In this document: positions 12,001 to 23,862 of the stretch, piece after piece
Layout: each line of letters opens with the position of its first letter
Numbering within the stretch: position 1 is the first letter of the stretch
Source: Oculina patagonica
Taxonomy: Eukaryota
Direction: 5' to 3'
Assembly: GCF_052425735.1 (NCBI RefSeq)
Contig: NC_135762.1
Span: forward strand, 14,198,001-14,262,000
DNA: 64,000 bases
Notes under the pieces: model-generated
Told to the model about the DNA's origin: nothing
Database searches by the model: none
What the model saw: only the letters and a program-made list of their open reading frames with translations
Position numbers and translations under genes: made by a program

Positions 12001-13849
12001 CAAACACTGAAAATTCAAATTAGTAATACGGTATTCGTGGCAATGCTACCGAATTAATTTTGCACATTTTAAGTGATGATTTAACCATAAAGGCATTGTC
12101 GTATAGTTTCGAGTTTTCTTCATTTGGCACAAGTATAAATTAAAAATTGAATAATGCTGTTTTCTTCAAAATCTGTATTGCTTTTAAAATGTCCAAACGA
12201 TCTGCTCATGAAGAAAGAATAACATTTCAGATTATGCATAATCTTCGCTCGGTGTTCTAGTATTCTCCGGTCTAGTCAGACAAAAAATATTTTTTTCAGT
12301 CTATAATATATTTTTAACGTCAAAAGGACGCGACAAATTTAAATACCTAACTGCGCTGTAAAATTCAAGGCCAAATATTTCCTCGGCACAACATATATTA
12401 ACTGATTTTGAAAAGAATTCATCGTCCATATATCAAAGCTCTTCAACTGTATTGAAAGTCTTTACGCTGATGAGTTATGCACAAATATAATATTTTGAAG
12501 TGGAAAAACTTTGAATCTTCGCTTTAATTTAAAACCTCTTTACAAACTCCGGTTATTTTGATCATTATATGTAACAAAAAGGAGTTGTGCGTTTACGTTT
12601 TTGCGACAGGGAACACGTTACCTAATAAACAGAACGAAAACCTAATGAAATGAAAAAAAAAACTAAATGAAAGGCGACCGATTTTCAAAACTGAGTTTTA
12701 CAAAATTAAACAAAAAAGACTTCTTATTCAAGACATGTACAACTCTATTTTGTTCCGGCTTATTTTTCAGGCAGGCTCAATGATTTATATTGCAGCATTT
12801 GCTGATGTTTGCTAATTATTCTAAATTGGAACCGGTGGAAATAGCCTAAAATGCGATTAACTTGTTAAAAGCAGTTAAAATTTATTTGCAATTTATTTCA
12901 AAGAAATGGTCGCTTTCTTGGACAAAACAAAGGGGTGAATTTGCAATCATGATCTTTGAATTTAAAATATAAAAATGTTTAAAACAGATCTAAAAAATAT
13001 AAAACGATACTCTAAATTTTCGATCGCCTTCTGCGGTCTTCTTCAGAGAATGATGGATTTTTGCAAGGTTCGCAGAATTCTAATAAGCTACATCGACGTT
13101 ATTGTTCGTTGTCCCCCTGGGGAGCAACTAGCGATGCGTAAACACTTGGGAAGGGCGCTCTTTCGTTTATAGAAAGGAAACTTTTTAATGCCGTTCAATT
13201 AATTTTCAAATAACTATATTTGGAGAGCGACCTGCAATTGAAATAATAATTATAAAAAAAAAAAGAAGAAGAAGAGCAAGTCGGCCCACAAGAAGCCGCC
13301 TATTTTTTCTTCAGTTTATAATTATAAATCTATCAGTTTGATATGACTGTTACAAGCAAGTAAATATCAATCTTTTAAAACCTTTTAAATTACAAAAAAT
13401 AGTTTATCACTATTCAACAACTTCCAATTTAAATGTTTTTTGTTTTTGTTTTTTTGCAATATGTCACTTTCCGAAAAAAACTGTCGGAAAATTAGTTAAA
13501 AGAAAAAGCGCTAAGTAATCATGAAGATTTACAGGAAATGATTAATGGCGATGCCGCGTTCAATGGGTAATATTTTAATAATTTGCGCAAAAAATAAACT
13601 CCTGCTCTTTCAACTTCCGCCGACCTTGCTAGAGCTCTCGTATTTAAATTAAACTGAATTGACTACTGTAATAAAAATTGTGAGACTTTTTTGGCTTCGT
13701 GTGGATCACATTTTGCGCGCATATTTCTATAAGCCTAAATACAGCTGAAATTTAGTTATTTATTACTTCTTAAGCCTTTGTCGCGCCTTTCAATCGGTTT
13801 TCGCTTATTTTGAGCCGGCCGCTGTTACTGTCAATTGTCTCCGCAAAAA

Positions 13850-14349
13850 NNNNNNNNNNNNNNNNNNNNNNNNNNNNNNNNNNNNNNNNNNNNNNNNNNN
13901 NNNNNNNNNNNNNNNNNNNNNNNNNNNNNNNNNNNNNNNNNNNNNNNNNNNNNNNNNNNNNNNNNNNNNNNNNNNNNNNNNNNNNNNNNNNNNNNNNNNN
14001 NNNNNNNNNNNNNNNNNNNNNNNNNNNNNNNNNNNNNNNNNNNNNNNNNNNNNNNNNNNNNNNNNNNNNNNNNNNNNNNNNNNNNNNNNNNNNNNNNNNN
14101 NNNNNNNNNNNNNNNNNNNNNNNNNNNNNNNNNNNNNNNNNNNNNNNNNNNNNNNNNNNNNNNNNNNNNNNNNNNNNNNNNNNNNNNNNNNNNNNNNNNN
14201 NNNNNNNNNNNNNNNNNNNNNNNNNNNNNNNNNNNNNNNNNNNNNNNNNNNNNNNNNNNNNNNNNNNNNNNNNNNNNNNNNNNNNNNNNNNNNNNNNNNN
14301 NNNNNNNNNNNNNNNNNNNNNNNNNNNNNNNNNNNNNNNNNNNNNNNNN
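13850..14349. other. Assembly gap (500 N)
   Basis: Run of N. Confidence 1.
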
Positions 14350-14667
14350 TCTGGTCATTCTCATTCCAGAATTGTGAATAAAAAAAACGCGCCATAAGCC
14401 TTGATGGCTTGCAGATAATATATATGTATATTTTTTTTCTAAAACAAACATTATTATTTATAGGTTTCATATCTCAGAAAATGCTTTTCGGTTAATGGTT
14501 AGGCAAGAGCGTCATTGTTGCTTTTGTCTTACAATGCATGCACAAAGGCCTATCAGCGGCAGCAGGGTATAAAGACATTCAAATGTCACTGGAAAAATGC
14601 TCACATGTGTTGGCCGGTTAAATGACACTTGGTCATTCATAAATCAAAGACTCAGACATTTGATTAC

Positions 14668-15480
14668 ATGAAATTGAAAACGAGCTTCATTTCTTATTCT
14701 CTTGCCACCATTACATGAGGGTGTAAATGGGGGTACCTCGATAACATTAAACATTTAATTTTTTGGCTCTGTAACATGAAACAGTTAAATTTTAGGCATT
14801 TTAACGCTAACAGTAAAAAATTAACTGAAACAGTAAATTTTATCCAAAAAGAAACAAAAACAGCTCCAAAAAGGCCAATATTATTTTGTTCAGTATATCA
14901 AGAAGTTATCGGCCATTTTCCGACGATTTCCGATAACTACCGAAAATTCCCGAGGACTGCCGAAGATTTCTGAAGACTACCGAAGATGTCCGAAGACTAC
15001 CGAAGATTTCCGTGAAGAAATCGGAAAATTTTCTCTAAGTTCATGAGCGATTTTTATAACCCGATTTTCGAAGAGCAGATAAGAACTTACAATGCTAAAA
15101 AGACTATGGGTCTTTCACGAAAAACCCTCCAAACACTTAACAGTATTTTCTCCGGAAACAGTAAACATTAAAAAATTGGCCAATGTAACAGCAAAAACTA
15201 AAAGTTATGGGCAAATAACACTTAACACTAAACCCCATTCAGACCCTCTTACAACAGAATCGGAACGATTTTTTTAAAATAAAATGAGTGTTAAATTTCA
15301 CAACTTTAATAGTTTAGATAACGACACTTAAGTTCAGTTTCTTTTTAACAACGTTGATCCATTTATCTGTAGAACTACCGCTGCGTTTATCTAAGATTCT
15401 ATGTTAAGCCGACAATCCACGTTGTTTACTAATATAATTGAATTGTAAAATCGTTTATAATACAATGTAACTATATAATA
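14668..15480 (+). mobile_element. Decayed LINE 3' end (C-terminal zinc-knuckle region of ORF2), interrupted by a MITE
   Basis: EIENELHFLFSCHHY immediately left of the MITE continues as (Y)NRI...QFLFNNVDPFICRTTAAFI on the right. The E-x-E-x-H-F-L-x-x-C-x-x-Y motif is typical of non-LTR ORF2 C-termini. Confidence 0.55.
14717..15248. mobile_element. MITE with GAGGG...CCCTC termini and internal gaagactaccgaagat repeats
   Basis: TIR gagggtgtaaatgggg / ccccattcagaccctc; flanking duplication ttaca(t)/ttaca(a); short tandem repeats at 14920-15015. A related reverse fragment lies at ~36630-36720. Confidence 0.75.
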
Positions 15481-16494
15481 ATACCAGAAGTACATAATAT
15501 GTACTTCTGATAATACCATGTATAGATATGGGAAGAATAAATTGCCGTTGTGGTTGTCGTATGCTATTAGAGGGTAACTTCTTTTTTCAGTTCAAATAAT
15601 TATGCAAATATTTTACACGGAAGAAGGTAAAAAATAAGCAAATTTTATACAACATAAATTATTAGCTTTACATTAAAGTCCATGTCTTGGCAATGCAGAC
15701 CAATGCCTTGTTGAGGACATTTTAAACACTAGGAGGATGTGTTGCTAACAGCCTGTCACACATTATATTCATCAACCGGGTTCGCCTTGTCGATAGCACT
15801 GAAATGCCATGAGTTACAACACGCTTGTAATACCCGGTAATAAATAGAAATATAGATTATGTTGAATGAAAATTTGTGAAGAAACATGACTACGGATATC
15901 AAAGTCTTTGATTGTTTAGTACAACAAATACAAATGTTCCACGTTACGACTAAACACTTCGGGCATTCATATTAATCTGAATACCTCGATTATTCGAGGA
16001 TATCCGGCTTTAAAGACAATTCCCTTTTTCTCGCTCAGTCAGAAGTTTCATTCAGCTTACTACGCATGAACACCGCACCGTTTTTGTCGCCTTTTTAACT
16101 CCATTCATTTTCTGATCTGCAGCCAGTTGCTTGATTTGACTTTTATAAGGAATATTCGTTCTTTGGGCTCATCACGCGTTTCTCCCCCACGAACGTCTGC
16201 TCAACCGAGCTGCCCCTTCCGTTCGCCGGCGGTTTGCCTTTGTTTTGAAGAAACCAATCAGCATTCGTCTATGGAACTCGACAGACGCGGCTCAACCGCG
16301 GGCCAATTTCCGCAAAACGATTCACGTCGAAAGCTTACACGACTATAAACATTCGTGACATTTGTACATTTGCCGTTCTCTATAGTTTTCCGACTTATTT
16401 TACTTAATTATTACTTGTTTTTGAAAGGCACTATATGCTGTATTTCTAGCAGGCGTTTGAAGTTGAATAGAGCCGCAAGTCTGTGGCCTCGGGT

Positions 16495-16618
16495 TAGCCT
16501 CCTACGCAGACGTTCTTTGGGCTCGTCACGCATTTCTCCCGGAGAAACGCGTGACGAGCCCAAAGACGTCTGCGGAGAAACGCGTGACGAGCCCAAAGAA
16601 CGTCTGCGTAGGAGGCTA
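16495..16618. mobile_element. Short hairpin MITE with TAG...CTA termini (Academ-like non-autonomous element)
   Basis: Near-perfect palindrome tagcctcctacgcagacgttctttgggctcgtcacgc ... gcgtgacgagcccaaagaacgtctgcgtaggaggcta, with a ~33-bp internal tandem duplication; degenerate copy at ~16155-16200. Confidence 0.75.
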
Positions 16619-16930
16619 GCTTCGTTGGTCATAATTTTTAACAATAAAGACAACTTTAGGGGAGTTAAGCAAAGAATATTTACAAAATGATATTTTCTCT
16701 CGCGCGCTTTCTTGGCGTTTTTAATTAAAATTGCCAGTGAACAACGCGCCGCTGATTTTGCCACCTTAAATAGTCATTTCTGAGTCAAACTGAAACCTCC
16801 CCGTGATTTTATTTTAATGCCAAATTTCAACCTGTACGTTGGTTGTTGATCCACAGTTTCCTATATCCGGGTTTTTAAAGTATTTCATCTGTCTTTTTCT
16901 TCGTAGCAACGGCACTTGAAGCTGACTTAA

Positions 16931-17514
16931 GGTGGCTGGCGACAGCTTTCAGCACTTTCCAAGACTTAGATTCTGATGGTTCCTTATAACCACTCTTTAT
17001 CAGTTGATCATACAATCATGGTGTCAAACAAATTCCCAATGATTGGTGAACACGTTATCATCATCTTTATGACACAATAGGTTACCATAGCTACAGTAAA
17101 ACCTGCTAAATACACCCTTTATTTAAGCGTTAACTGGCAATAACTCAAAAACGAGCTCGGCAATCCCTATTTTTATGGTTAATTTTTGATCAGCAAGACA
17201 AGATGCAACTTTTGGCAAAGTTTAAAAAAAAGCCTGTACATGGGATTCAGAGCCACCCTAAATTTTCGAAAATTTAAGATGGCTCTGAACCCCATGTTCA
17301 GATTTTTTTTAAAGTTTGCCGAAAGTTGCATCTTATCCTGTTGATTGCAATTCGATAATAAAAAATGGGGGTCACGGGAATTGTTATTGAGTTATAGCCA
17401 CTTGATTGGGCATCTGTTTGATGCCATAATTGTTGCGTCAACTGAAAAAGTGTCGTAGTATTGATCCGTCAAAGTCGAGGTGCCGAAAAATGCAGGGAAC
17501 AGTTTTGAGCCACC
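16931..17514. mobile_element. TTAA-flanked non-autonomous DNA transposon (Kolobok-like) with long internal palindrome
   Basis: TTAA|ggtggct ... agccacc|TTAA; internal inverted repeat centred on ttttcgaaaa at ~17268. Confidence 0.8.
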
Positions 17515-17544
17515 TTAAATGATTTTATCCTTTTACTTTTTCAG

Positions 17545-20395
17545 AAATATATCAAAATGTGAAAATAATGACGTGGATCAACACCATCAAGAATACCTAA
17601 AAATGACGTCAGCATTACCATCACAGTCACAGCCGCAATGCCCCTTTGGTCAAAGCACCGTGCTCGGCAACAGCTCGAGTTCCACTTATGGCGATTATGA
17701 TCAAGAAGGTAAGATACCCAACTTAAACAGGAGGAGCGGTCCATCTCTCCACAGACGTGGCTCTCGAGGCACCACAGCGAGCTATCAGAACAGGGATCAT
17801 GGCGAATGGGTAGCAAGCGAGACTTTAACTCCTATTCCTTGTTACACCCAGAGCACTTTCCATCGAAAGCCAGGAAGTTCCAGTTTGCCTCCCATTCAGC
17901 ACCTTCCTGAAATTCCCCAGAGGTGCTCCTCTGGATCTCAGGCAGGTCCTCACTCATTTCACAGGAAAGAAGGTGCATATAATACTGAACGTCAACGAAA
18001 TCCATCGTTCAATTTGCAGCGCCACTCGAAACAGCCATCGTCTTTAAATGATGGGTGTATATGGGTGATGCACCATCCAGATCGAGGAATATCCCTTGGA
18101 CAGCCGTCTTACACTGTTGATGATTCCTGGATTTTTGATGGAGTTCACAGTAGATCAGGACACCATGAAGCGTTCACTCCACGAGGAAGTCAAAATCGTG
18201 ATCTCTTAGATGAAATAGGTGACATTTTATACGATGGCAAAACAACAACTCAGAAAGACGCTAGTAGAGACGCTGGCTATGACGCTATTCCAAGAAAGGC
18301 AAGGCGAAAACCTGCTCTTAAGTGGAGTTCCTATTTGATGGCAAGCAATTCGCCACTTTCCAAAAACCCGGAGAACATGAACTTAAGGCCATGGCATGAA
18401 GTCTGCCAAGATTCCCAATTCCATCCTAAAAGCAGGTCACATATCGAGCCTTTGATTGGTGTACAAAATGCTTATTTGTGCAATAGATTGTCACAAGATC
18501 CCATAAATGCCATTGGTATAGAGATTGAGCAAACAGGAAACACACCAGACAGCAAATCGGCAGCTCGGGTAAACGGAATTACAGCGTTTTGCAAAAATGT
18601 AATTCCAAGCCGGCCAGAGAGCGAACATGGCCTTCAGCAAGATTCCCAGTGGCACCCCAGCCAACACACGGAGACGCCTTTTGCTTCTGAGGATGGCCGT
18701 ATATTTAAAAGATGGCCGTCCTCACAAAGCCGCGCTTCGTACGGTAAACGTGTGTTAGACGATCCTTTAGATGTCATTGGCGGGGAAATGGAGCAAAACA
18801 GGCACGAATGTAACAGTACATTCACACCTCACGGAAATAGAAAAAAGTCATCTACCATTTACGCCATTCCACCAAGGGAAGCAAGAAACCATGTCCCTCA
18901 ACGAAAGTCACAACTGATGGCATGCGATTCGTCATTTTGCCAAGAGCTGGACAACATGAATATACGATCAGATGCAGAAACGGATCAGGATTCCAAGTAC
19001 CACCTTAGGCAACTATGTTATCCCACAGAGCCTTGGTGCGTTGAGGATGGTATTTTACGTAATCAAGGGCACACGAGATCATACAGACAGCCAATGGTGT
19101 TAGATAATCCCTTGGATGAAGCTGCTGTCGATTTGGAGAAAACAAGGAACAAATGCAAAAGCAAGTCTACACATCGCGCAAAGAAAACGAGCAAGCATGG
19201 ACGCCAAGGAAAGTCGAATTTTATGGCAAATAATTCGAAATGTTGTCAAGACCAGGACAACGACGAAGTCCGATTATGCGACGAAACTTGTCAGGATTGC
19301 CAATGCGACCCTAAATATAGATTTTCGCAAAGAGAATCATCTTGTTCTACGGGCGATAATCTCATGCTTAATAGAGGACAGGGTTCTTCGAAAGTACCTG
19401 ATTCAGTTATCTCACGAATGTCCGATGATCAACTGTCAGTCATTGATGTAACGTCTGAGCAGACAAAGCACGCATGCGCCACAGAACCCGCACCACGATC
19501 AAACATAACTAAAGCTTCCATCAAGCAGGCCATTCCAATAAAGAAAGTAAGCCATGATGTTCATCAGGGGACGTCACTTCCGCACAATTCTACATTGTGT
19601 CAAGATCATGACACCGTTAACCCCAGAAAATCTCCCGAAGATTCGCAATTTCAGCCCAGTCAAAGATTTTCCCGAATGGAGCTTTCTCCCGTTTGTGAAC
19701 GTGGTCATAATAATTCCAAGGATACCATAGCTGTAGAGATTGGAAAACCAAATGACACGCACGACAGCAAACCGCAACCCGGTGTGAACGGAATCAATGC
19801 ATGTCGCTTAGATGGCATCCCGGTGAAGGAGGAACGTACGCGTAAGCGGGCCCGTCAACGAAAACTGCATTCAATAGCGAGTACTTTTGCATGTTGTGAA
19901 GTCGAAAAATTGTGCAAACACGCATGCTGTGATCCCCAGTGCCGAGATACTCAACCCATGGAAAAGCCAGCTGAAGTAAGATCTAAATCGATGATTTGTC
20001 CAGAAGTGGGGCGCCCGGATTCTTTAGAAATCGACGCAGAGGGGAGCCCGAGAGAGAACATTGGTGATTTCAAAAAGCCTTCTATGATTCATATGCCAAG
20101 GTGTGAAAAGCCGATGAACTACAATGACGACTCGAATTCATCAAGTAATTTGGTCATGCCGGCTGAAGAGGAGTCTGGCGGTGAGTGTGATGTCTCTAAG
20201 ACTGATCGAGCACTTCAAGATTTTCTAGAAGGAAAAGCCCAAAACAGGCGGCAAGCCATATGTAAAGAACTTGAGAAAACATTGAATCTTGTTAAGTTGA
20301 ATGGATCAAAGATGTCCTTGTATGAGCTGAGGAAAGATCTCTGCAAGTTAGTGGGTGATCGTGTCTTCCAAGGAATCCATGAAGAGGAAGGATGA
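17545..20395 (+). CDS. Uncharacterised large-exon protein (~930-950 aa), Ser/Gln/His/Asp/Cys-rich, with diverged internal repeats and a short helical C-terminal segment
   Basis: 2.85-kb uninterrupted ORF starting at a strong acceptor (ttttactttttcag|17545). First in-exon Met is at 17603; AATAAA at ~20601; CCAAT boxes at ~16255 and ~16303 upstream. No recognisable domain. Confidence 0.8.
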
Positions 20396-20620
20396 TTGCA
20401 ATGAAAGCCAGCAATGTTATACAAACCTTTACACGAGTTTCAATTAGCCATATTTCTATCTTGTAACGGTTGGAGGCCGCATTAAAATATGCGACATATT
20501 TAAAAGTACTAGAACGCATCAGCCTTTTTCCAAATGGATTGTCATGTATATAGATGTTATCATGTAAATAGTATTTCATACATTTAAGTTTTGACGCAGA
20601 AATAAAAAGGTGGTCCTTAA

Positions 20621-21588
20621 AGGGACTATGTCGCGGAGATTTCGCAGATTTTTGGTCTAAACTGTTCTGAAATTAGCGGAAGGCAACTAAACCCTTAAAA
20701 AACAATGTCTTTAAACATCTAAAGAAACATATAATCTTAATTAATCAACTTCCTCATGTTTTGGAATGAATATAAAATCAGGCCAAAATATCAACAAATT
20801 CTCCTAACTGGTCCCATACCTTTCTTTTGATATGGTTGGGAGAAGTTACACTCGGAGGTAATTTTCTTATATCAACCCTTTAAACCCTGAATATCAACAA
20901 GCAAATTCTCCTTGCTGGTCACCGCATAACTCTTATGGTAAGGCTGGGGGAAGTTTACAAGAGGTCACATACTTTACTTAACGGCCAGCAGTTCACGGTT
21001 CGCCAGGGTTAGAGGTAATGAGATCTGCTTATAAATATCAGGGCCCAAAGGGGATGATTATTGCATAGCTATAACAAAACAACGACAACAACTAAGTGTG
21101 GCTGAAAAATGGGGAAGTGGGGGACAAACCACTAACTGCTTGAAAACAGTACTGACTTCAGTGTTGCTCGTGTTGAAACTAAACAAAGACAATATGAGCA
21201 TTGAACATGCTCTTTACAAAAGGCCCGATGCTATTGGTCGATGATGGGTTTCCTGGGGTACTCACGTGAAAAGATCACATGAGGTAGATTACTGGACAAA
21301 GTTCAAAGCTCAAACAAGAGTTATTGATTAACTGAAATTTATTTCTGATGGTCAATAAATTGTGATTTTGCGGATAGAAATCAAGCTAAGGCTACAAATA
21401 TCGATTTTTTGAAGACGGGCAGAAACAATTTGAAAACGTTTGCCTAACGTTTCAAATTGAAATCCGTTTCCATCCGCAGCCAATAATGCTAGTTAACAGT
21501 TTCAGTGCTCTAATATAGCAATTTTTCATGCGACACAAATATAAATTTGGCTGTTCAAAAATCTGGTAATATCCGTGACATAGTCCCT
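20621..21588. mobile_element. TTAA-flanked non-autonomous DNA transposon (Kolobok-like) with nested repeat fragments
   Basis: TTAA|agggactatgtcgcgga ... tccgtgacatagtccct|TTAA. Confidence 0.85.
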
Positions 21589-22182
21589 TTAAGCCTGTAG
21601 TTCGGTGGAAAAAGTATGTGTCCATTAGCTACCGAGAACTGTTGCGGTGCTATATGGGAACATTATCGAGAGCAAAGGAAGAATGGAAGGTCGAAGGGCC
21701 GAAAATTTGTCGGCTGCCAATCTTTTTGGAGCAAGAAAGGGTTCATCTTCAATCCCCCCTCCCCCTTCCTACTTTGGGCATCTCTGGTCCCCCAATTCTC
21801 TTCAGAGTGTCAAGTGAAAATATGCATGATGTCTGAAGTATACGGAAAGTAACGACCCTCCATTTTTTGGGGATCTGACAGCGTTTTTCTGTCGGACCCT
21901 ATCAATTCTTTCGGAGAGTCGTAACGTTCGGGGGTTACTATTTTTGGGTAGGTTCAACGTGCACCGTATATGTGCCGATACCAGGAATTAATATACAAAC
22001 GTGCTTGATAACTTCGCGAAAGGAATCAGTCGTTGAAAAAGGATAAAGTTTTTTAAAAGAATTTACCTTACTTCAAAACAGAGTAACATACATGTTCTGC
22101 CTTTAGAACAAGGGTTACTCTCGCAGCGTCGCTACTTTCGGCGAGTCGCTTCTTTCGCAGCCTGTTCCAGGCGTTCGGTTAA

Positions 22183-22604
22183 GCCTGGTTCTCATATAAT
22201 CGCCGATCGTTTCTATCGCCTCTGTCACTTCAAAAAGTTTTCTTGCGATCGGGCGATCATATGAGAACAATACACAGACGATCGCAAACGTCTGCGGCGA
22301 TTGGGGCGATCACGATCGCTTGGATCGCCCTTGTTTTATCCTACGAGCGTCTCTTTTCCTACTGCGCCGTAAAACTGTAATAACTGAAAAGATAGGGGGC
22401 CACGTGTTTTGCTATTCATTGAAGGCTGCCATTGTGTTGGATCTAGGGCAAAAATGATTGTTTTTCGTAGGTCTTCGCTCATACCAGGCGATCGGGACGA
22501 TCATATGAAAACCCCCTGATCGCTTCCACTCGCTTCGATCGTCTCAGTATTTGCAAACGATCAATGCGATAGAAACAATCGGGGCGATCATACGAGAACC
22601 AGCC
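22183..22604. mobile_element. MITE (PIF/Harbinger-like) rich in cgatcg motifs
   Basis: TIR gcctggttctcatataatcgcc ... ggcgatcatacgagaaccagcc; flanks taa/tta. Confidence 0.7.
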
Positions 22605-23862
22605 TTTAGTTGGGCAGCAGCGCCAAGAACGGCGAATATACCCCTTCCCTTATTTTTCGCTCGCCGTTTTCCGCACTGCACCCCAACTAGCCGCACGCCT
22701 GGAACAAGCTACTTCTTTCGGGGAATTGTCATTTTCGGAGCTTGATATAGTAGCATATTCCGGCAAAGGAATAGTTTCACCAAAATGCGAGTGATATTTT
22801 CCCACACACTTATTGTGACATTTCATGCGTGATATCTTCATCAAGTCTGGGTTAAGTTCCAAAAACAAAGACTACGCTTGTATATTTTAAACAATGTATT
22901 TGTGAAAGTTTCAAAAGGAAAATTTCTAGGAATTTCAGAAATAAAATATTATTAGAGTAGCAAATGGGAAACATGTACTCCTAGAGTATTAGTTAGAGCA
23001 GAGAGTACTTAGAGTACTAGTTTCGCAAGTCAAGTGGAACCAATTAATCAATTGCATAATTTTATATATATTCCTAAAATGGTTAACATAATATTAATAG
23101 ATTGATGTGCACATGTAGAGTCGAATGCCACACTCAATCCTTTTTTTTTTTTTGGGGGGGGGGGAGCTTTTACCCCTCAAATACCCTAGATAGAACCATG
23201 GGGCTGTAAGTAGAAATGACGTTGTTGTTGTTGCCTTTGTTGTCGTTGTTGATAGCTCGCTAGATGTGCCTATGCTTTGTGCTATTAGGCTAGAAAACAC
23301 TTTCATGTGACACTTGGCAATCAGAGTTTCCTGACCACCGAGATTATTTATTATGAGGCAATAGACATGTTGTTCAGAAAATTTTCTTGTCTTTTTGCAT
23401 AAACATGACAATGAAGCTCCAACTGTAATACAAAATTAATATCATTCTGAACGATTCCTACTTGGTTGTTGGATGCGTGCATTATTATAATTTTTATGTA
23501 TATGCATTAAAGTCGACTTCCGGTTAGAATCAATAAAAAAAATGATGAAATATCTCTTTCAATAAAAAAAAGACTGCTGCATTTTATAAAACCTGTGATT
23601 AAACCATCAATTTCTCTTTACAATAACAGTACACTGCCAAGTGGACAGGTGGTGAGAATGACATAATACATCAGCATTGGGACATGGTCTTTATGTACAT
23701 ATACATGTACCAATAAGTGTACATTAAAGTGAAGGCAAATTCTCCATGTTTGTAACATGTACATGAAGTGAGATCATTGTATATAAACTTGTTTCATTCT
23801 TTGTATCACGGTCCAATGTAAACAAGTGAAGTTCAATTTTTAGCATCCCATTGAAGCAAATG

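Noticed and set aside
13805-14470. Long ORFs in the track
   Set aside because: They only read through the 500-N gap.
14920-15015. CRISPR-like short repeats (also 42880-43135)
   Set aside because: No unique spacers, no cas genes, eukaryotic context; they are internal repeats of MITEs.
17519-17544. ORF-track start Met at 17519
   Set aside because: It lies next to the transposon's TTAA in the polypyrimidine tract of an intron; the exon more likely begins at 17545.
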